Positions 29,211-39,543 of a stretch of DNA of 64,000 bases are shown piece by piece. Position 1 is the first letter of the stretch, and every line of letters begins with the position of its first letter. Source of the DNA: Nitrospirota bacterium (GTDB lineage: Bacteria > Nitrospirota > Nitrospiria > SBBL01 > JAADHI01). The position numbers and the translations under genes were made by a program. The stretch spans positions 2,231 to 66,230 of the forward strand of contig JAJDBX010000005.1 of assembly GCA_029261135.1 (NCBI GenBank), given 5' to 3'. Below the pieces are notes generated by a model. It was not told the DNA's origin. It saw nothing but the letters and a program-made list of their open reading frames with translations, and did no database searches.

Positions 29211-30347
29211 TTAGGTGATATTGTTTTCGCTTTCCTTTATTGTTTTGAGCCGGTCATGGGTCTGTCGGATCACCTCTTCGGTTGTTGACCAATCGATACA
29301 AGCATCAGTGATGGAGACCCCATAACGCAGCATCGACAAATCTTCCGGTAAGCTCTGATTCCCTGTTTCGAGATGACTTTCCAACATAAATCCAATGATG
29401 GATTGATTCCCTTCGGCGATTTGATCAATACATGCGCTTAAAACAGCGGGTTGCCGTAAAGGGTCTTTCATCGAGTTTCCATGACTGCAATCCACAACAA
29501 TATTTTTAGAGAGACCTTCTTTTTCCAAGGTGTGTTCACAAAGCGTAATACTTTCAGCATCATAGTTTGATTTTCCGCCGCCGCCCCGCAAGACAATATG
29601 GCCATAGTTGTTGCCTCGGGTATGAAAAACAGCACACTGACCCTGTTGGTTGATGCCAAGAAAGTGATGCGCTTGCGAGACGGAGCGCAAGGCATTCATG
29701 GCCACTTGGAGTCCACCGTCTGTCCCATTTTTGAAGCCGACAGGGGTGGAGAATCCGCTCGACATTTCTCGATGGGTTTGCGATTCCGTAGTGCGTGCAC
29801 CGATTGCCGTCCATGTAATGAGGTCTGAGAGATATTGGGGTGTAATCGGGTCAAGGGATTCCGTTGCCGTGGGGAGTCCGAGTTCTGCAATTTCGAGCAA
29901 AAGGGAGCGGGACATATGTAACCCTTTATCCATCTGAAAAGAGTGATCCATGAAAGGATCATTAATCAGCCCTTTCCATCCGATTGTTGTGCGGGGTTTT
30001 TCAAAATAGACACGCATGACCAACACAAGGGTATCAGCGACTTCATCGGCCAGTGATTTGAGCCTTTCAGAGTATTCTCGTGCGGATTTTAAATCATGGA
30101 TCGAACAGGGACCGATAATCGCAAACCGTCTCGGGTCTTGCCGATCCATAATTTTCTGGATTACTTTCCGCCCTTCAAGCACGGTTTGACCTCCTTTGTC
30201 TGTGAGCGGGAGGGATGCTTTAACTTCCTCCGGAGGCGGAAGAACATCTCTGGAAATGACGTTAACATTATAGAGCTGATTTTCAGGAATCGCTTCCTCT
30301 CCTTCTCTTCGATGCACAAACACACAAACTGAGCGATTATTGCACAT
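29211..30347 (-). CDS. aroG: 3-deoxy-7-phosphoheptulonate (DAHP) synthase, class I-alpha
   Basis: GPCSIHD, MRVYFEKPRTTIGWKG, IGARTTESQTHRE, DCSHGNS, YGVSITDAC; real start probably 30290 (see findings). Confidence 0.93.
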   Translation of the reverse strand: MCNNRSVCVFVHRREGEEAIPENQLYNVNVISRDVLPPPEEVKASLPLTDKGGQTVLEGRKVIQKIMDRQDPRRFAIIGPCSIHDLKSAREYSERLKSLADEVADTLVLVMRVYFEKPRTTIGWKGLINDPFMDHSFQMDKGLHMSRSLLLEIAELGLPTATESLDPITPQYLSDLITWTAIGARTTESQTHREMSSGFSTPVGFKNGTDGGLQVAMNALRSVSQAHHFLGINQQGQCAVFHTRGNNYGHIVLRGGGGKSNYDAESITLCEHTLEKEGLSKNIVVDCSHGNSMKDPLRQPAVLSACIDQIAEGNQSIIGFMLESHLETGNQSLPEDLSMLRYGVSITDACIDWSTTEEVIRQTHDRLKTIKESENNIT

Positions 30348-30437
30348 GGTATCAACATTGTTTCAATGACAGCAAATTTTAAAACAAAGGCCTGCCCCCC
30401 TTTCAAAAATGAAGCGCTCTATCTATACTTCACTACA

Positions 30438-31634
30438 ATGCTTGGAAAGAAACAATTTGATACCGTGATTATCGGGGCCGGTGCAGCAGGATTGATGTGT
30501 GCCGCAGGGGTGGGGCAGCGTGGACGCCGTGTTTTGTTATTGGATCATGCCCCAGGGCCTGGGAAAAAGATTCTGATTTCCGGCGGTGGGCACTGCAACT
30601 TTACCAATCGATCGGTCGCGCCAACACATTTTATCTCTCAAAACCCTCATTTTTGTAAATCAGCATTGAGCCGGTTTGGTTCAGCAGATTTTATAAAACT
30701 TGTTGAAAAATACAACATCCCCTATCAAGAAAAGAAACACGGTCAACTTTTTTGCAAGAGAAGTGCGCGGGACATCCTTCATCTTTTGTTGGAAGAGTGT
30801 AGAAAGGGGGATGTTGAGGTCAAAAACACTTGCGCAGTAGATGAGATCTCACACGATGAAAAGAGGGAGATGTCCTTTACGCTCAAAACAAATTTGGGGG
30901 TATTTAAGAGTAAATCGTTGGTCATCGCAACAGGAGGTCTATCTTTTCCAAAAATTGGCGGAACTGATTTCGGGTATCGGGTCGCAAAGCAATTTGGTTT
31001 AAACATCCAGCCGACACAACCCGCCCTGGTGGCTTTAGCATTAGATGCGCGAAATTTACAAATGATCAAGGGATTATCGGGCATCTCTGCGAATGTCTCG
31101 GTTTCCTGCAAAGGGACACACTTTCTGGAATCCATGCTCTTTACACACAAAGGTTTGAGTGGGCCGGCCATTTTGCAGATTTCAAATTACTGGCATCCCG
31201 GAGACGAAATCACCATTAATTTCCTACCGGATATTCACCTCTCGGGGTTAATCGTAAAATGGCAAAAGACGCGACCGAAAACAACGCTTAAAAACTTGAT
31301 TGCTGAGCGACTCACAAAACGCCTTGCCGAAAAGTGGCTGGCTTTATCCGCTGAAAACAAAGCCGTGAATCAATATTCCCAAAAAGAGATTGAGGCGATT
31401 TCAGATCGCTTTCACCTTTGGCAGTTTATTCCCTCAGGGACAAGCGGTTATCGTCTTGCAGAAGTGACTTTAGGCGGGGTCGATACAAACGAACTTTCCT
31501 CAAAAACCTTTGAAACAAAACGTGTGCCGGGACTCTATTTTATTGGGGAAGTCGTCGATGTGACCGGTTGGCTCGGGGGTTACAACTTCCAATGGGCTTG
31601 GTCATCGGGTTATTGTGCGGGTTTGTATGCCTAG
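30438..31634 (+). CDS. HI0933/BaiN-family flavoprotein
   Basis: GAGAAG, GKKILISGGGHCNFTN, LFTHKGLSGP, AEVTLGGV, GGYNFQWAWSSG. Confidence 0.92.
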   Translation: MLGKKQFDTVIIGAGAAGLMCAAGVGQRGRRVLLLDHAPGPGKKILISGGGHCNFTNRSVAPTHFISQNPHFCKSALSRFGSADFIKLVEKYNIPYQEKKHGQLFCKRSARDILHLLLEECRKGDVEVKNTCAVDEISHDEKREMSFTLKTNLGVFKSKSLVIATGGLSFPKIGGTDFGYRVAKQFGLNIQPTQPALVALALDARNLQMIKGLSGISANVSVSCKGTHFLESMLFTHKGLSGPAILQISNYWHPGDEITINFLPDIHLSGLIVKWQKTRPKTTLKNLIAERLTKRLAEKWLALSAENKAVNQYSQKEIEAISDRFHLWQFIPSGTSGYRLAEVTLGGVDTNELSSKTFETKRVPGLYFIGEVVDVTGWLGGYNFQWAWSSGYCAGLYA

Positions 31635-32430
31635 ATTGAAGCATTTTAAAAAGAAATACGGCCCTTGGGTTTTGGTGACGGGGGCTTCTTCGGGCATCGG
31701 CCTGGCATTTGCCAAACAACTTGCGGCACTGGGTTTGAACATCATCCTGGTGGCACGCAGAAAAAAAAGGCTCAGTGCACTTTCAACAGAACTGAAAACA
31801 AAACACGGGGTAGAAACAAAAGTCGTCTGCGCGGATCTCTCCCGAGATGATTTTATGAATGTCATTCAGTCCGCGACAGAAGCGCTTGAAGTGGGCCTGC
31901 TGATTAATAATGCGGGATTTGGAACAACAGGGCATTTTGTCGAGAATGAACTGAGCAGAGAAATTAAAATGCTGCATGTCAATTGTCGCGCGCCCTTAAT
32001 CTTGGCACATTATTTTGGAAAATTGATGAAGGATAGAAAAAAAGGCGGGATTATTTTTTCATCTTCGATTGTGGCTTTCACCGCTGTTCCCCTTTGGAGC
32101 AATTATGCTGCGACAAAATCATATGATTTACTGCTTGCGGAAGGGCTGGCAAGTGAGTTAAAAGATGTGGGCGTTGATGTCTTGGCTTTATGCCCCGGAA
32201 CAACAGAAGCTGAATTTCAAGAGACCGCAGGGACGAAAAAAATCATGCCGATGAGCGCAGATATTGTTGTTGCTGCAGCCCTTAAAGGGCTTGGCCGAAA
32301 ACGGGTGGTCATTCCAGGTTGGTTCAATACCCTGAATGTGCTCCTCATCAAGCTTCAACCCCGGTCATGGAGTGCTAAAATTTTTGGGGCAGTGATTCGC
32401 TCTATCCAAAAAAAGGTGGATAACCGTTAA
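31627..32430 (+). CDS. Short-chain dehydrogenase/reductase
   Basis: TGASSGIG, NNAG, YAATK. Confidence 0.92.
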   Translation: MPRLKHFKKKYGPWVLVTGASSGIGLAFAKQLAALGLNIILVARRKKRLSALSTELKTKHGVETKVVCADLSRDDFMNVIQSATEALEVGLLINNAGFGTTGHFVENELSREIKMLHVNCRAPLILAHYFGKLMKDRKKGGIIFSSSIVAFTAVPLWSNYAATKSYDLLLAEGLASELKDVGVDVLALCPGTTEAEFQETAGTKKIMPMSADIVVAAALKGLGRKRVVIPGWFNTLNVLLIKLQPRSWSAKIFGAVIRSIQKKVDNR

Positions 32431-33093
32431 ATGAAGCTCTATGACGTGAGCCTTCCGATTTCTGAGAACCTCCCTGTCTGGCCGGGTGATCCCGCGATTT
32501 CGATGTCGCTTTCACAGAGCCTCAGAAAGGGGGATGAAACCAATGTAACCTACTTGGGACTGAGCGCTCACACCGGGACACACATTGATGCCCCTTCCCA
32601 TTTAGAACCGGAGGGCATTGGCATCGACCAATTGCCTTTGGATGTGCTCATTGGCCCCTGTCGCCTTGTAGATCTCTCTCATTTAAATGTGCCGATAGAC
32701 CGATCTCTTCTGGAAAAGTTGGACCTAAAAGACGTGAACCGCATCCTTTTTAAAACACGCAATTCTAAACTTTGGGAGAATAACGATCCGGCATTTCATA
32801 AGGATTATGTGTCATTGACAACCGATGGCGCAGAATATCTTCAGGAATCCGCCATCCAACTCGTGGGGATAGATGCTCTCTCCATTGAAGCCTTTGATCA
32901 AGCAGGATATCCCACCCATCATTTACTGTTAAGGAACAATGTCATTATTTTAGAAGGACTCAACCTACATCAAGTTCCAGCTGGCGATTACGAACTGATT
33001 GCATTACCGCTCAAACTCAAAGGAGCAGATGGTGCGCCGACGCGTGTTGTGTTGAGGGAATCATCCATTTTATCTTTAAAAGGAGAACATTGA
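32431..33093 (+). CDS. Cyclase family protein (kynurenine formamidase-like)
   Basis: WPGDP, HTGTHIDAP, VGID, LPLKLKGADGAPTR. Confidence 0.9.
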   Translation: MKLYDVSLPISENLPVWPGDPAISMSLSQSLRKGDETNVTYLGLSAHTGTHIDAPSHLEPEGIGIDQLPLDVLIGPCRLVDLSHLNVPIDRSLLEKLDLKDVNRILFKTRNSKLWENNDPAFHKDYVSLTTDGAEYLQESAIQLVGIDALSIEAFDQAGYPTHHLLLRNNVIILEGLNLHQVPAGDYELIALPLKLKGADGAPTRVVLRESSILSLKGEH

Positions 33094-35118
33094 ATGAGTT
33101 TGGATCAAAAATCGCTGGATACACTTTGTATGAACACCATCAGGATGCTTGCGGTCGATGGGGTTCAAAAGGCAAATTCCGGCCATCCGGGAACCCCGAT
33201 GGGGCTTGCGCCACTGGCCTACCTGCTCTGGACGCAGTTTTTAAAACATCATCCTAACAACCCCAATTGGGTAAACCGCGATCGTTTTATTCTCTCAGCA
33301 GGTCATGCATCCATGTTGCTCTACAGCCTGCTTCATTTGACCGGTTATGATCTTTCCCTTGATGATCTCAAAAATTTCCGGCAGTTGAATAGCAAAACAC
33401 CCGGGCATCCAGAATACGGGGAGACGCCCGGCGTGGAAACAACGACCGGCCCGCTCGGGCAGGGAATTGCGAATGCCGTCGGCATGGCAATGACCGAACG
33501 CTTTCTCTCACAGAAATTTAATCGGCCCGGCTATCCCGTTATGGATCACCAGACCTATGTGGTTGCGGGCGATGGCGACTTGATGGAAGGCGTGGCCTCT
33601 GAAGCGGCATCCTTGGCCGGCCATCTTCAATTGGGCAAGCTGATGTGTTTTTACGACGACAACAAAATCACGATTGAAGGCGGAACTGATCTTGCCTTTT
33701 CAGAAGATGTCGGCGCGCGCTTCGAGGCCTATGGCTGGCATGTTATCAAGGTGGGGGAAGTCTCCGGTGTTGAGGATTTTGAAGTGCTCTCCACTGCGAT
33801 TCAGTCTGCACAGAATGAAGGGGATCGACCCTCTTTACTCATTGTCCGCACCCATATCGGTTTTGGGAGTCCGAACCGTCAAGATACTGCACAAGCCCAC
33901 GGTTCACCGCTGGGAGCTGAAGAGATTAAACTCACGAAAGCAACGCTAAACTGGCCGATGGAACCCACGTTTCATGTACCTGAAGAAAGCTTAGCCCATT
34001 TTGCACAAGTCGGGGCATCCGGGAAAAAAGCAGAGGACGACTGGCAGAAGCAATGGGACGCTTATTCGGAAGCCTACCCGGATTTGGCCAAGGAATGGGA
34101 TGCGGCAATGCGGCGGCAACTTCCCGAAGGCTGGGATCAAGGGATCAATGATTATAAAACAGAAGGATCAGTTGCAACACGGAAGGCCTCCGGTCAGGTG
34201 CTCAATGAAATCGCTCAAACCTTGCCGACATTAATTGGCGGTTCGGCAGATTTAGCGCCATCAAACAATACCTATCTCAAAGACCTCGGGGATATCTCAG
34301 GGAAGGATTTTAGCGGACGGAATCTCCACTTCGGGATTCGGGAACATGCCATGGGAGGCATACTCAACGGCATGGCACTGCATGGCGGCGTGATGGTCTA
34401 TGGCGGGACTTTTTTGATTTTTTCTGATTACATGCGACCCGCCATTCGCTTGGCAGGCCTGATGCGCTTACCCGTGATTTATGTCTTTACCCACGACAGT
34501 ATTGGCTTGGGTGAAGATGGCCCCACGCATCAACCCGTGGAACATTTGGCGGCGCTCAGAGCCATCCCCAATTTAACCGTCATCCGACCGGCCGATGCAG
34601 CGGAAACGGCCGTCGCGTGGCGCTGTGCCATTTCAAAAAAGGATGGGCCGACTGCGCTGATTCTCTCACGGCAAAACCTGCCTGTGCTAGATCGCAGCCG
34701 CTATGCCTCAGCCGCCTTGCTTGAAAAAGGGGCCTACGTGTTGACTAAAACATCCGATCCAGTCTCAGAGCTGACGCTGATTGCGACGGGTTCCGAGGTA
34801 CAACTGGCATTGGAAGCAGCAGTACAGTTGTCTGAAGAAGGCATTCGCGTTCGTGTCGTGAACATGCCGAGCTGGGAGCTTTTTGAAGCCCAGTCCGAAT
34901 CCTACAAACAAATGGTACTTCCCCCTGAGGACTCATCTGTCATTGCCATCGAAGCCGGCATGTCCTTCGGTTGGCAACGCTATGTGGGAAGGAGTGGTAG
35001 AATCATAGGGATCGATCGATTCGGGGCCTCCGCTCCCATCGAAGATCTAATGAAAGCATATGGATTTACGGTGGAGAATATAAAGGATCAAGCCAAAGCC
35101 CTCTTAAAATTGTCATAA
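33094..35118 (+). CDS. tkt: Transketolase
   Basis: [36 protein letters not shown]. Confidence 0.97.
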   Translation: MSLDQKSLDTLCMNTIRMLAVDGVQKANSGHPGTPMGLAPLAYLLWTQFLKHHPNNPNWVNRDRFILSAGHASMLLYSLLHLTGYDLSLDDLKNFRQLNSKTPGHPEYGETPGVETTTGPLGQGIANAVGMAMTERFLSQKFNRPGYPVMDHQTYVVAGDGDLMEGVASEAASLAGHLQLGKLMCFYDDNKITIEGGTDLAFSEDVGARFEAYGWHVIKVGEVSGVEDFEVLSTAIQSAQNEGDRPSLLIVRTHIGFGSPNRQDTAQAHGSPLGAEEIKLTKATLNWPMEPTFHVPEESLAHFAQVGASGKKAEDDWQKQWDAYSEAYPDLAKEWDAAMRRQLPEGWDQGINDYKTEGSVATRKASGQVLNEIAQTLPTLIGGSADLAPSNNTYLKDLGDISGKDFSGRNLHFGIREHAMGGILNGMALHGGVMVYGGTFLIFSDYMRPAIRLAGLMRLPVIYVFTHDSIGLGEDGPTHQPVEHLAALRAIPNLTVIRPADAAETAVAWRCAISKKDGPTALILSRQNLPVLDRSRYASAALLEKGAYVLTKTSDPVSELTLIATGSEVQLALEAAVQLSEEGIRVRVVNMPSWELFEAQSESYKQMVLPPEDSSVIAIEAGMSFGWQRYVGRSGRIIGIDRFGASAPIEDLMKAYGFTVENIKDQAKALLKLS

Positions 35119-35130
35119 GGAGAATAAAGT

Positions 35131-36258
35131 ATGCCCAATAATCCCCTCACGGAAATGAGAACCTATGGCCAAAGTATCTGGCTGGATTACATTCGTCGCG
35201 ATCTGATCCAATCGGGTGGGCTTCAACAATTGATCGATGAGGATCAAATTCGCGGGGTCACCTCTAATCCGACCATATTTGAAAAAGCCATTGCCGGAAG
35301 CAGTGATTATGATGAACAATTGTTGCAGCTCTCTTCGGAAGGAAAAACGATTCCAGAAATTTTAGAGGGACTGACCATTCGGGATATTCAGATGTCGGCC
35401 GATATTTTCAAACCGGTTTACGATCTGTCCGAAGGAGAGGATGGTTTTATTTCACTGGAAGTCAGTCCGCTTTTGGCGGATCAGGAAGAAGAAACCGTTC
35501 AGGCGGCTTTGGATCTTTTTAAGCGGGTTAATCGCCCTAATCTTATGATTAAAGTTCCAGCCACTGAGGCGGGAATTCGCGCACATGAGCGATTGATCGG
35601 AATGGGGATTTCGATCAACATGACCTTAATTTTTTCACTTGAAACCTATGAAGCGGTGGCCCGGGCTTACATCAAGGGTTTAAGTCGATTAAACGACCGC
35701 CGCCAACCGATCGGGGAAGTGCGATCTGTGGCCTCTGTTTTTGTCAGCCGAGTAGATGCCTCTGCAGACAAACTCATGAACGGACACGACACAGACCTCT
35801 CTGCACTGGCCGGAAAAGTCGCGGTGGCCAATGCAAAGATGATTTATCAGTCATTTCAAACACTCTTTAAAGACCCAAGCTTTTTAGAACTTCAAAACTT
35901 GGGTGCACATCCCCAACGTCCGCTTTGGGCGAGCACGGGTACTAAAAATCTGAACTACTCCGACGTGCTGTATATTGAGGAATTGATTGGCCCGCATACC
36001 GTCAATACCGTTCCACCCGCAACAATGGATGCATTTCGAGACCATGGGAAACTTCGCTTTAGTCTCGAAGAAGGGGTTCCAGAGGCAAAAGCGGCCTTAA
36101 AACAACTGGATACTGCCGGAATCGATCTCAAAACCATTACCCACGACCTTCAGGTGGCCGGGGTAAAAGCTTTTGCCGATTCTTATCAAAATTTGCTCGA
36201 TACCCTCTCTAAAAAAAAGGAACGGCTCCTTGCGAAACACAGAATGCACTACAGCTGA
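35131..36258 (+). CDS. tal: Transaldolase (type found in Tal-Pgi fusions)
   Basis: GQSIWLD, GVTSNPTIF, MIKVPAT, ASVFVSRVD, QRPLWASTGTK. Confidence 0.95.
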   Translation: MPNNPLTEMRTYGQSIWLDYIRRDLIQSGGLQQLIDEDQIRGVTSNPTIFEKAIAGSSDYDEQLLQLSSEGKTIPEILEGLTIRDIQMSADIFKPVYDLSEGEDGFISLEVSPLLADQEEETVQAALDLFKRVNRPNLMIKVPATEAGIRAHERLIGMGISINMTLIFSLETYEAVARAYIKGLSRLNDRRQPIGEVRSVASVFVSRVDASADKLMNGHDTDLSALAGKVAVANAKMIYQSFQTLFKDPSFLELQNLGAHPQRPLWASTGTKNLNYSDVLYIEELIGPHTVNTVPPATMDAFRDHGKLRFSLEEGVPEAKAALKQLDTAGIDLKTITHDLQVAGVKAFADSYQNLLDTLSKKKERLLAKHRMHYS

Positions 36259-37936
36259 TCTGGGCGATTTTGAAGGCGCAGTACTAGAAACACTCCAATC
36301 ATTCGACCAGCAAAACCTCATTCAGCGAATCTGGCAAAAAGATCCTTCGCTTTGGAGCAGTGACCCCGCGGTTCAAAAAAAAATTCAGAATCGTCTCGGT
36401 TGGCTGACGGTTGCAGATGAAATGACCGGAGTCCTTGATGACATCCTGGCCTTTTCCGAAGACATCAAAAAAGCGGGGTTTTGCGATGTGGTCTTGCTGG
36501 GGATGGGAGGCAGCAGCCTCTGCCCGGAGGTACTCAATCAATGTTTTGCTTCCGCAGCGGGCACACCCAAACTGACCGTCTTGGATACCACCGATCCTGA
36601 AACCATCCTCTCCACCGAACGTGGCATCGACCTCAAAAAAACGCTGTTTATCCTGGCGAGTAAATCGGGCAACACGATTGAGATGTTATCACTCTACCGC
36701 TACTTTGAAGAAAAAATTCGTGTGTTGATTGGCGAAAATGTGGGTGCGCATTTTATGGCCATCACTGACCCGGGAAGTTCCCTTGGGGCACTTGCAAGGG
36801 AAAAAGGGTTTCGGAAAATCTTCCTCAATATGCCCGACATCGGGGGGCGTTATTCGGCCTTGTCCTATTTTGGGCTGGTTCCTGCAGCGCTGATCGGGAT
36901 TGACCCATCCGGGCTCTTGAAACGCGCTTCCGCCATCATGACTGCCTCATCGGCATCTACCCCCACAAAAGAGAACCCGTGCATCATATTGGGTGCGATT
37001 TTGGGCACACTCGGCCAGTCCGGGAGAGACAAAATGACGCTTGTCACATCGCGGGCTATTTCTTCCTTTGGACTTTGGGTTGAACAGCTTGTTGCTGAAA
37101 GTACCGGGAAAGCAGGGAAAGGCATTGTCCCGATTGATCGGGAATTGTTGGCTGAGCCATCCCTGTATGCTCATGATCGGCTTTTTGTTTATCTCCGCCT
37201 TGACTCAGATGATAATCCGGCTTTGGATCAAAAACTGACCCAACTTAAAAAGGGAGGACATCCTGTCGTTCAAATCGATTTGCAGGACCGTCTTGATTTG
37301 GCGGGTGAATTTTTTCGCTGGGAGTTGGCGACCGCGGTGGCTGGATACATGCTTCAAATCAACCCCTTCGATGAACCGAATGTTTCAGAAAGTAAGGAAA
37401 ACACGGCCCAAGTCCTAGAACGATTTGAGGCGGCCGGGGAGCTCCCTTTCCCGGACGGGGTTTCCGTGGAAGGGGGTTTGAGGGTTTCAGGAACCTTGAA
37501 TCCAGAGTGGGCTCAAACCTTAGCCCAAATCCTTCAGCATTTTTTATCAAGTGCCAGAGCGAATGACTATATCGCCATCATGGCCTACCTTCCCCCCACA
37601 AAAAACAATGATGTCCTTCTTCAAACCCTTCGGGCAAAAATTCTAAAAAAATACCACCTCGCTACGACCCTCGGTTATGGCCCGAGATTTCTCCACTCCA
37701 CAGGACAGCTCCACAAAGGCGGCGGCAGATGCGGCCGCTTTATCCAAATCACAATGGAAGATAAAAAAGATATTGCCATCCCGGGAAGCAATTACAGCTT
37801 TGGCATATTAAAAAGAGCGCAAGCCCTGGGGGATTTTCATTCTTTAATTCGACAGAGGCTACCTGTGATTGATATTCGTTTGGGAGAAGCGCTTGAAGCA
37901 GACCTGGAAAACATTGTTCAGTCTCTCAATCAGTAA
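36173..37936 (+). CDS. pgi: Glucose-6-phosphate isomerase domain (C-terminal half of a probable Tal-Pgi fusion; no credible own start)
   Basis: RLGWL, LGMGGSSL, ASKSG, IGGRYS, EQLVAESTGK, NPFDEPNV, GPRFLHSTGQLHKGG. Confidence 0.85.
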   Translation: MPILIKICSIPSLKKRNGSLRNTECTTADLGDFEGAVLETLQSFDQQNLIQRIWQKDPSLWSSDPAVQKKIQNRLGWLTVADEMTGVLDDILAFSEDIKKAGFCDVVLLGMGGSSLCPEVLNQCFASAAGTPKLTVLDTTDPETILSTERGIDLKKTLFILASKSGNTIEMLSLYRYFEEKIRVLIGENVGAHFMAITDPGSSLGALAREKGFRKIFLNMPDIGGRYSALSYFGLVPAALIGIDPSGLLKRASAIMTASSASTPTKENPCIILGAILGTLGQSGRDKMTLVTSRAISSFGLWVEQLVAESTGKAGKGIVPIDRELLAEPSLYAHDRLFVYLRLDSDDNPALDQKLTQLKKGGHPVVQIDLQDRLDLAGEFFRWELATAVAGYMLQINPFDEPNVSESKENTAQVLERFEAAGELPFPDGVSVEGGLRVSGTLNPEWAQTLAQILQHFLSSARANDYIAIMAYLPPTKNNDVLLQTLRAKILKKYHLATTLGYGPRFLHSTGQLHKGGGRCGRFIQITMEDKKDIAIPGSNYSFGILKRAQALGDFHSLIRQRLPVIDIRLGEALEADLENIVQSLNQ

Positions 37937-38090
37937 AGAATAAACGCATTCTGTGTTTTGGCCATTAAGGGGTGCTTGGCTTGACGAGGGGAGCTTGTCA
38001 TGTGTATAAGTCAAAAATGCGAAAATTCCCTCCCATCTGTATTTTAAAAAATTCCATAAACTTCCAAGTGAGTATTCCGGAGAAGAGCAG

Positions 38091-39260
38091 ATGCTGATCG
38101 CGGTGCCAAAAGAAATTTTCTCAGGAGAACAGCGTGTTGCTGCTACACCAACGACTGTTCGTCGTTTTGTGAAGAAAGGTTTTGAAGTTTGGGTCGAATC
38201 AGATGCAGGTCTTGCAGCAAATATAACAAACAGTGCACTTGAAGCGGCCGGGGCAAAAATTATATCTGATACGACCCGTCTTTATGGTAATGCAGAAATT
38301 ATTATCAAAGTGCAACATCCCAGCTTTAACAAGGGGCTCGACAAACACGAGATCGATATCATGAAGTCAGGGGCCGTGCTCATTGCGCTGTTACAGCCCC
38401 TGACTGCCATTAAAACAATTGAACAGCTTACAGCAAAAAACATCAGTGCATTTTCATTGGAACTCATTCCTCGCATTACCCGCGCACAGCAAATGGATGT
38501 CCTCAGTTCGATGAGCAGCCTTGCCGGTTATAAAGCGGTGCTTTTGGCGGCTGCGGCTCTTGGAAAAATTTTCCCGATGATGACGACAGCGGCGGGAACA
38601 CTTCATCCGGCGAAAATCTTGATTTTGGGCGCGGGGGTTGCCGGTCTGCAGGCCATTGCCACCGCGAAACGACTCGGCGCGGTGGTCGAAGCATTTGATA
38701 CCCGGCCCGCAGTCAAAGAACAGGTTGAAAGCCTCGGCGCAACCTTTGTTTCCCTTGAGCTGAATGCCGATGAAGGCGAGGCCGCAAGCGGTTATGCGAA
38801 GGTCCTTTCTGAGGCCGCCCATCAAAAAGAGGTCGCATTAATTCATGAACGGGCCGTACAGGCCGATGTGATTATCACAACGGCCTTGATCCCTGGGAAA
38901 AAGGCGCCTGTTTTGATTACAAACGAAATGTTAAAAGCGATGAAAAAAGGCGCAGTCGTTGTCGACATGGCGGCAGAACAGGGTGGAAACTGCGCGCAAT
39001 CTGAAGCAGGAAAAGAAGTCGACATTGAAGGCGTCACAATTATTGGCGCAGTGAACCTGGCGGCAACGATTCCTGAACATGCCAGTCAAATGTTTGCCAA
39101 TAATATGTTCAATTTCATCAAACACCTTTGCCCAGATCTGACATGCAAGATTGATCAAAATGACGAGATCACTTTAGGGTCTCTCGTCACGCACGCAGGT
39201 CAAATTGTGAATGAAGTCGTAAAGTCTGCACATGAGGCACTCAAAGTACCGGAGGAATAG
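38091..39260 (+). CDS. pntA: NAD(P) transhydrogenase alpha subunit, part 1
   Basis: EQRVA, PRITRAQ.MDVLSS, GAGVAGLQA, AEQGGNC. Confidence 0.95.
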   Translation: MLIAVPKEIFSGEQRVAATPTTVRRFVKKGFEVWVESDAGLAANITNSALEAAGAKIISDTTRLYGNAEIIIKVQHPSFNKGLDKHEIDIMKSGAVLIALLQPLTAIKTIEQLTAKNISAFSLELIPRITRAQQMDVLSSMSSLAGYKAVLLAAAALGKIFPMMTTAAGTLHPAKILILGAGVAGLQAIATAKRLGAVVEAFDTRPAVKEQVESLGATFVSLELNADEGEAASGYAKVLSEAAHQKEVALIHERAVQADVIITTALIPGKKAPVLITNEMLKAMKKGAVVVDMAAEQGGNCAQSEAGKEVDIEGVTIIGAVNLAATIPEHASQMFANNMFNFIKHLCPDLTCKIDQNDEITLGSLVTHAGQIVNEVVKSAHEALKVPEE

Positions 39261-39262
39261 GC

Positions 39263-39538
39263 ATGCTGATATTTTCGATCACGCTCTTTGTTCTTGCGAC
39301 TTTTTTGGGATATGAGCTGATTTCAAAAGTCCCCCCACTGCTGCATACCCCGCTGATGTCTGGTGCAAATGCCATATCGGGGATCACCATCGTGGGAGCG
39401 ATCTTGGCCGCTGGCTCTGGCGAATCTAACTTAAGCGCGATTTTAGGCTTTCTTGCTGTTATTTTTGCAACAATTAATCTGGTCGGCGGATTTATGGTGA
39501 CGCGTCGAATGCTCTTGATGTTTAAAAAACAAAAGTAG
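39263..39538 (+). CDS. pntA: NAD(P) transhydrogenase alpha subunit, part 2 (membrane)
   Basis: LHTPLMSGANAISG, GGFMVTRRML. Confidence 0.95.
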   Translation: MLIFSITLFVLATFLGYELISKVPPLLHTPLMSGANAISGITIVGAILAAGSGESNLSAILGFLAVIFATINLVGGFMVTRRMLLMFKKQK

Positions 39539-39543
39539 GATCT

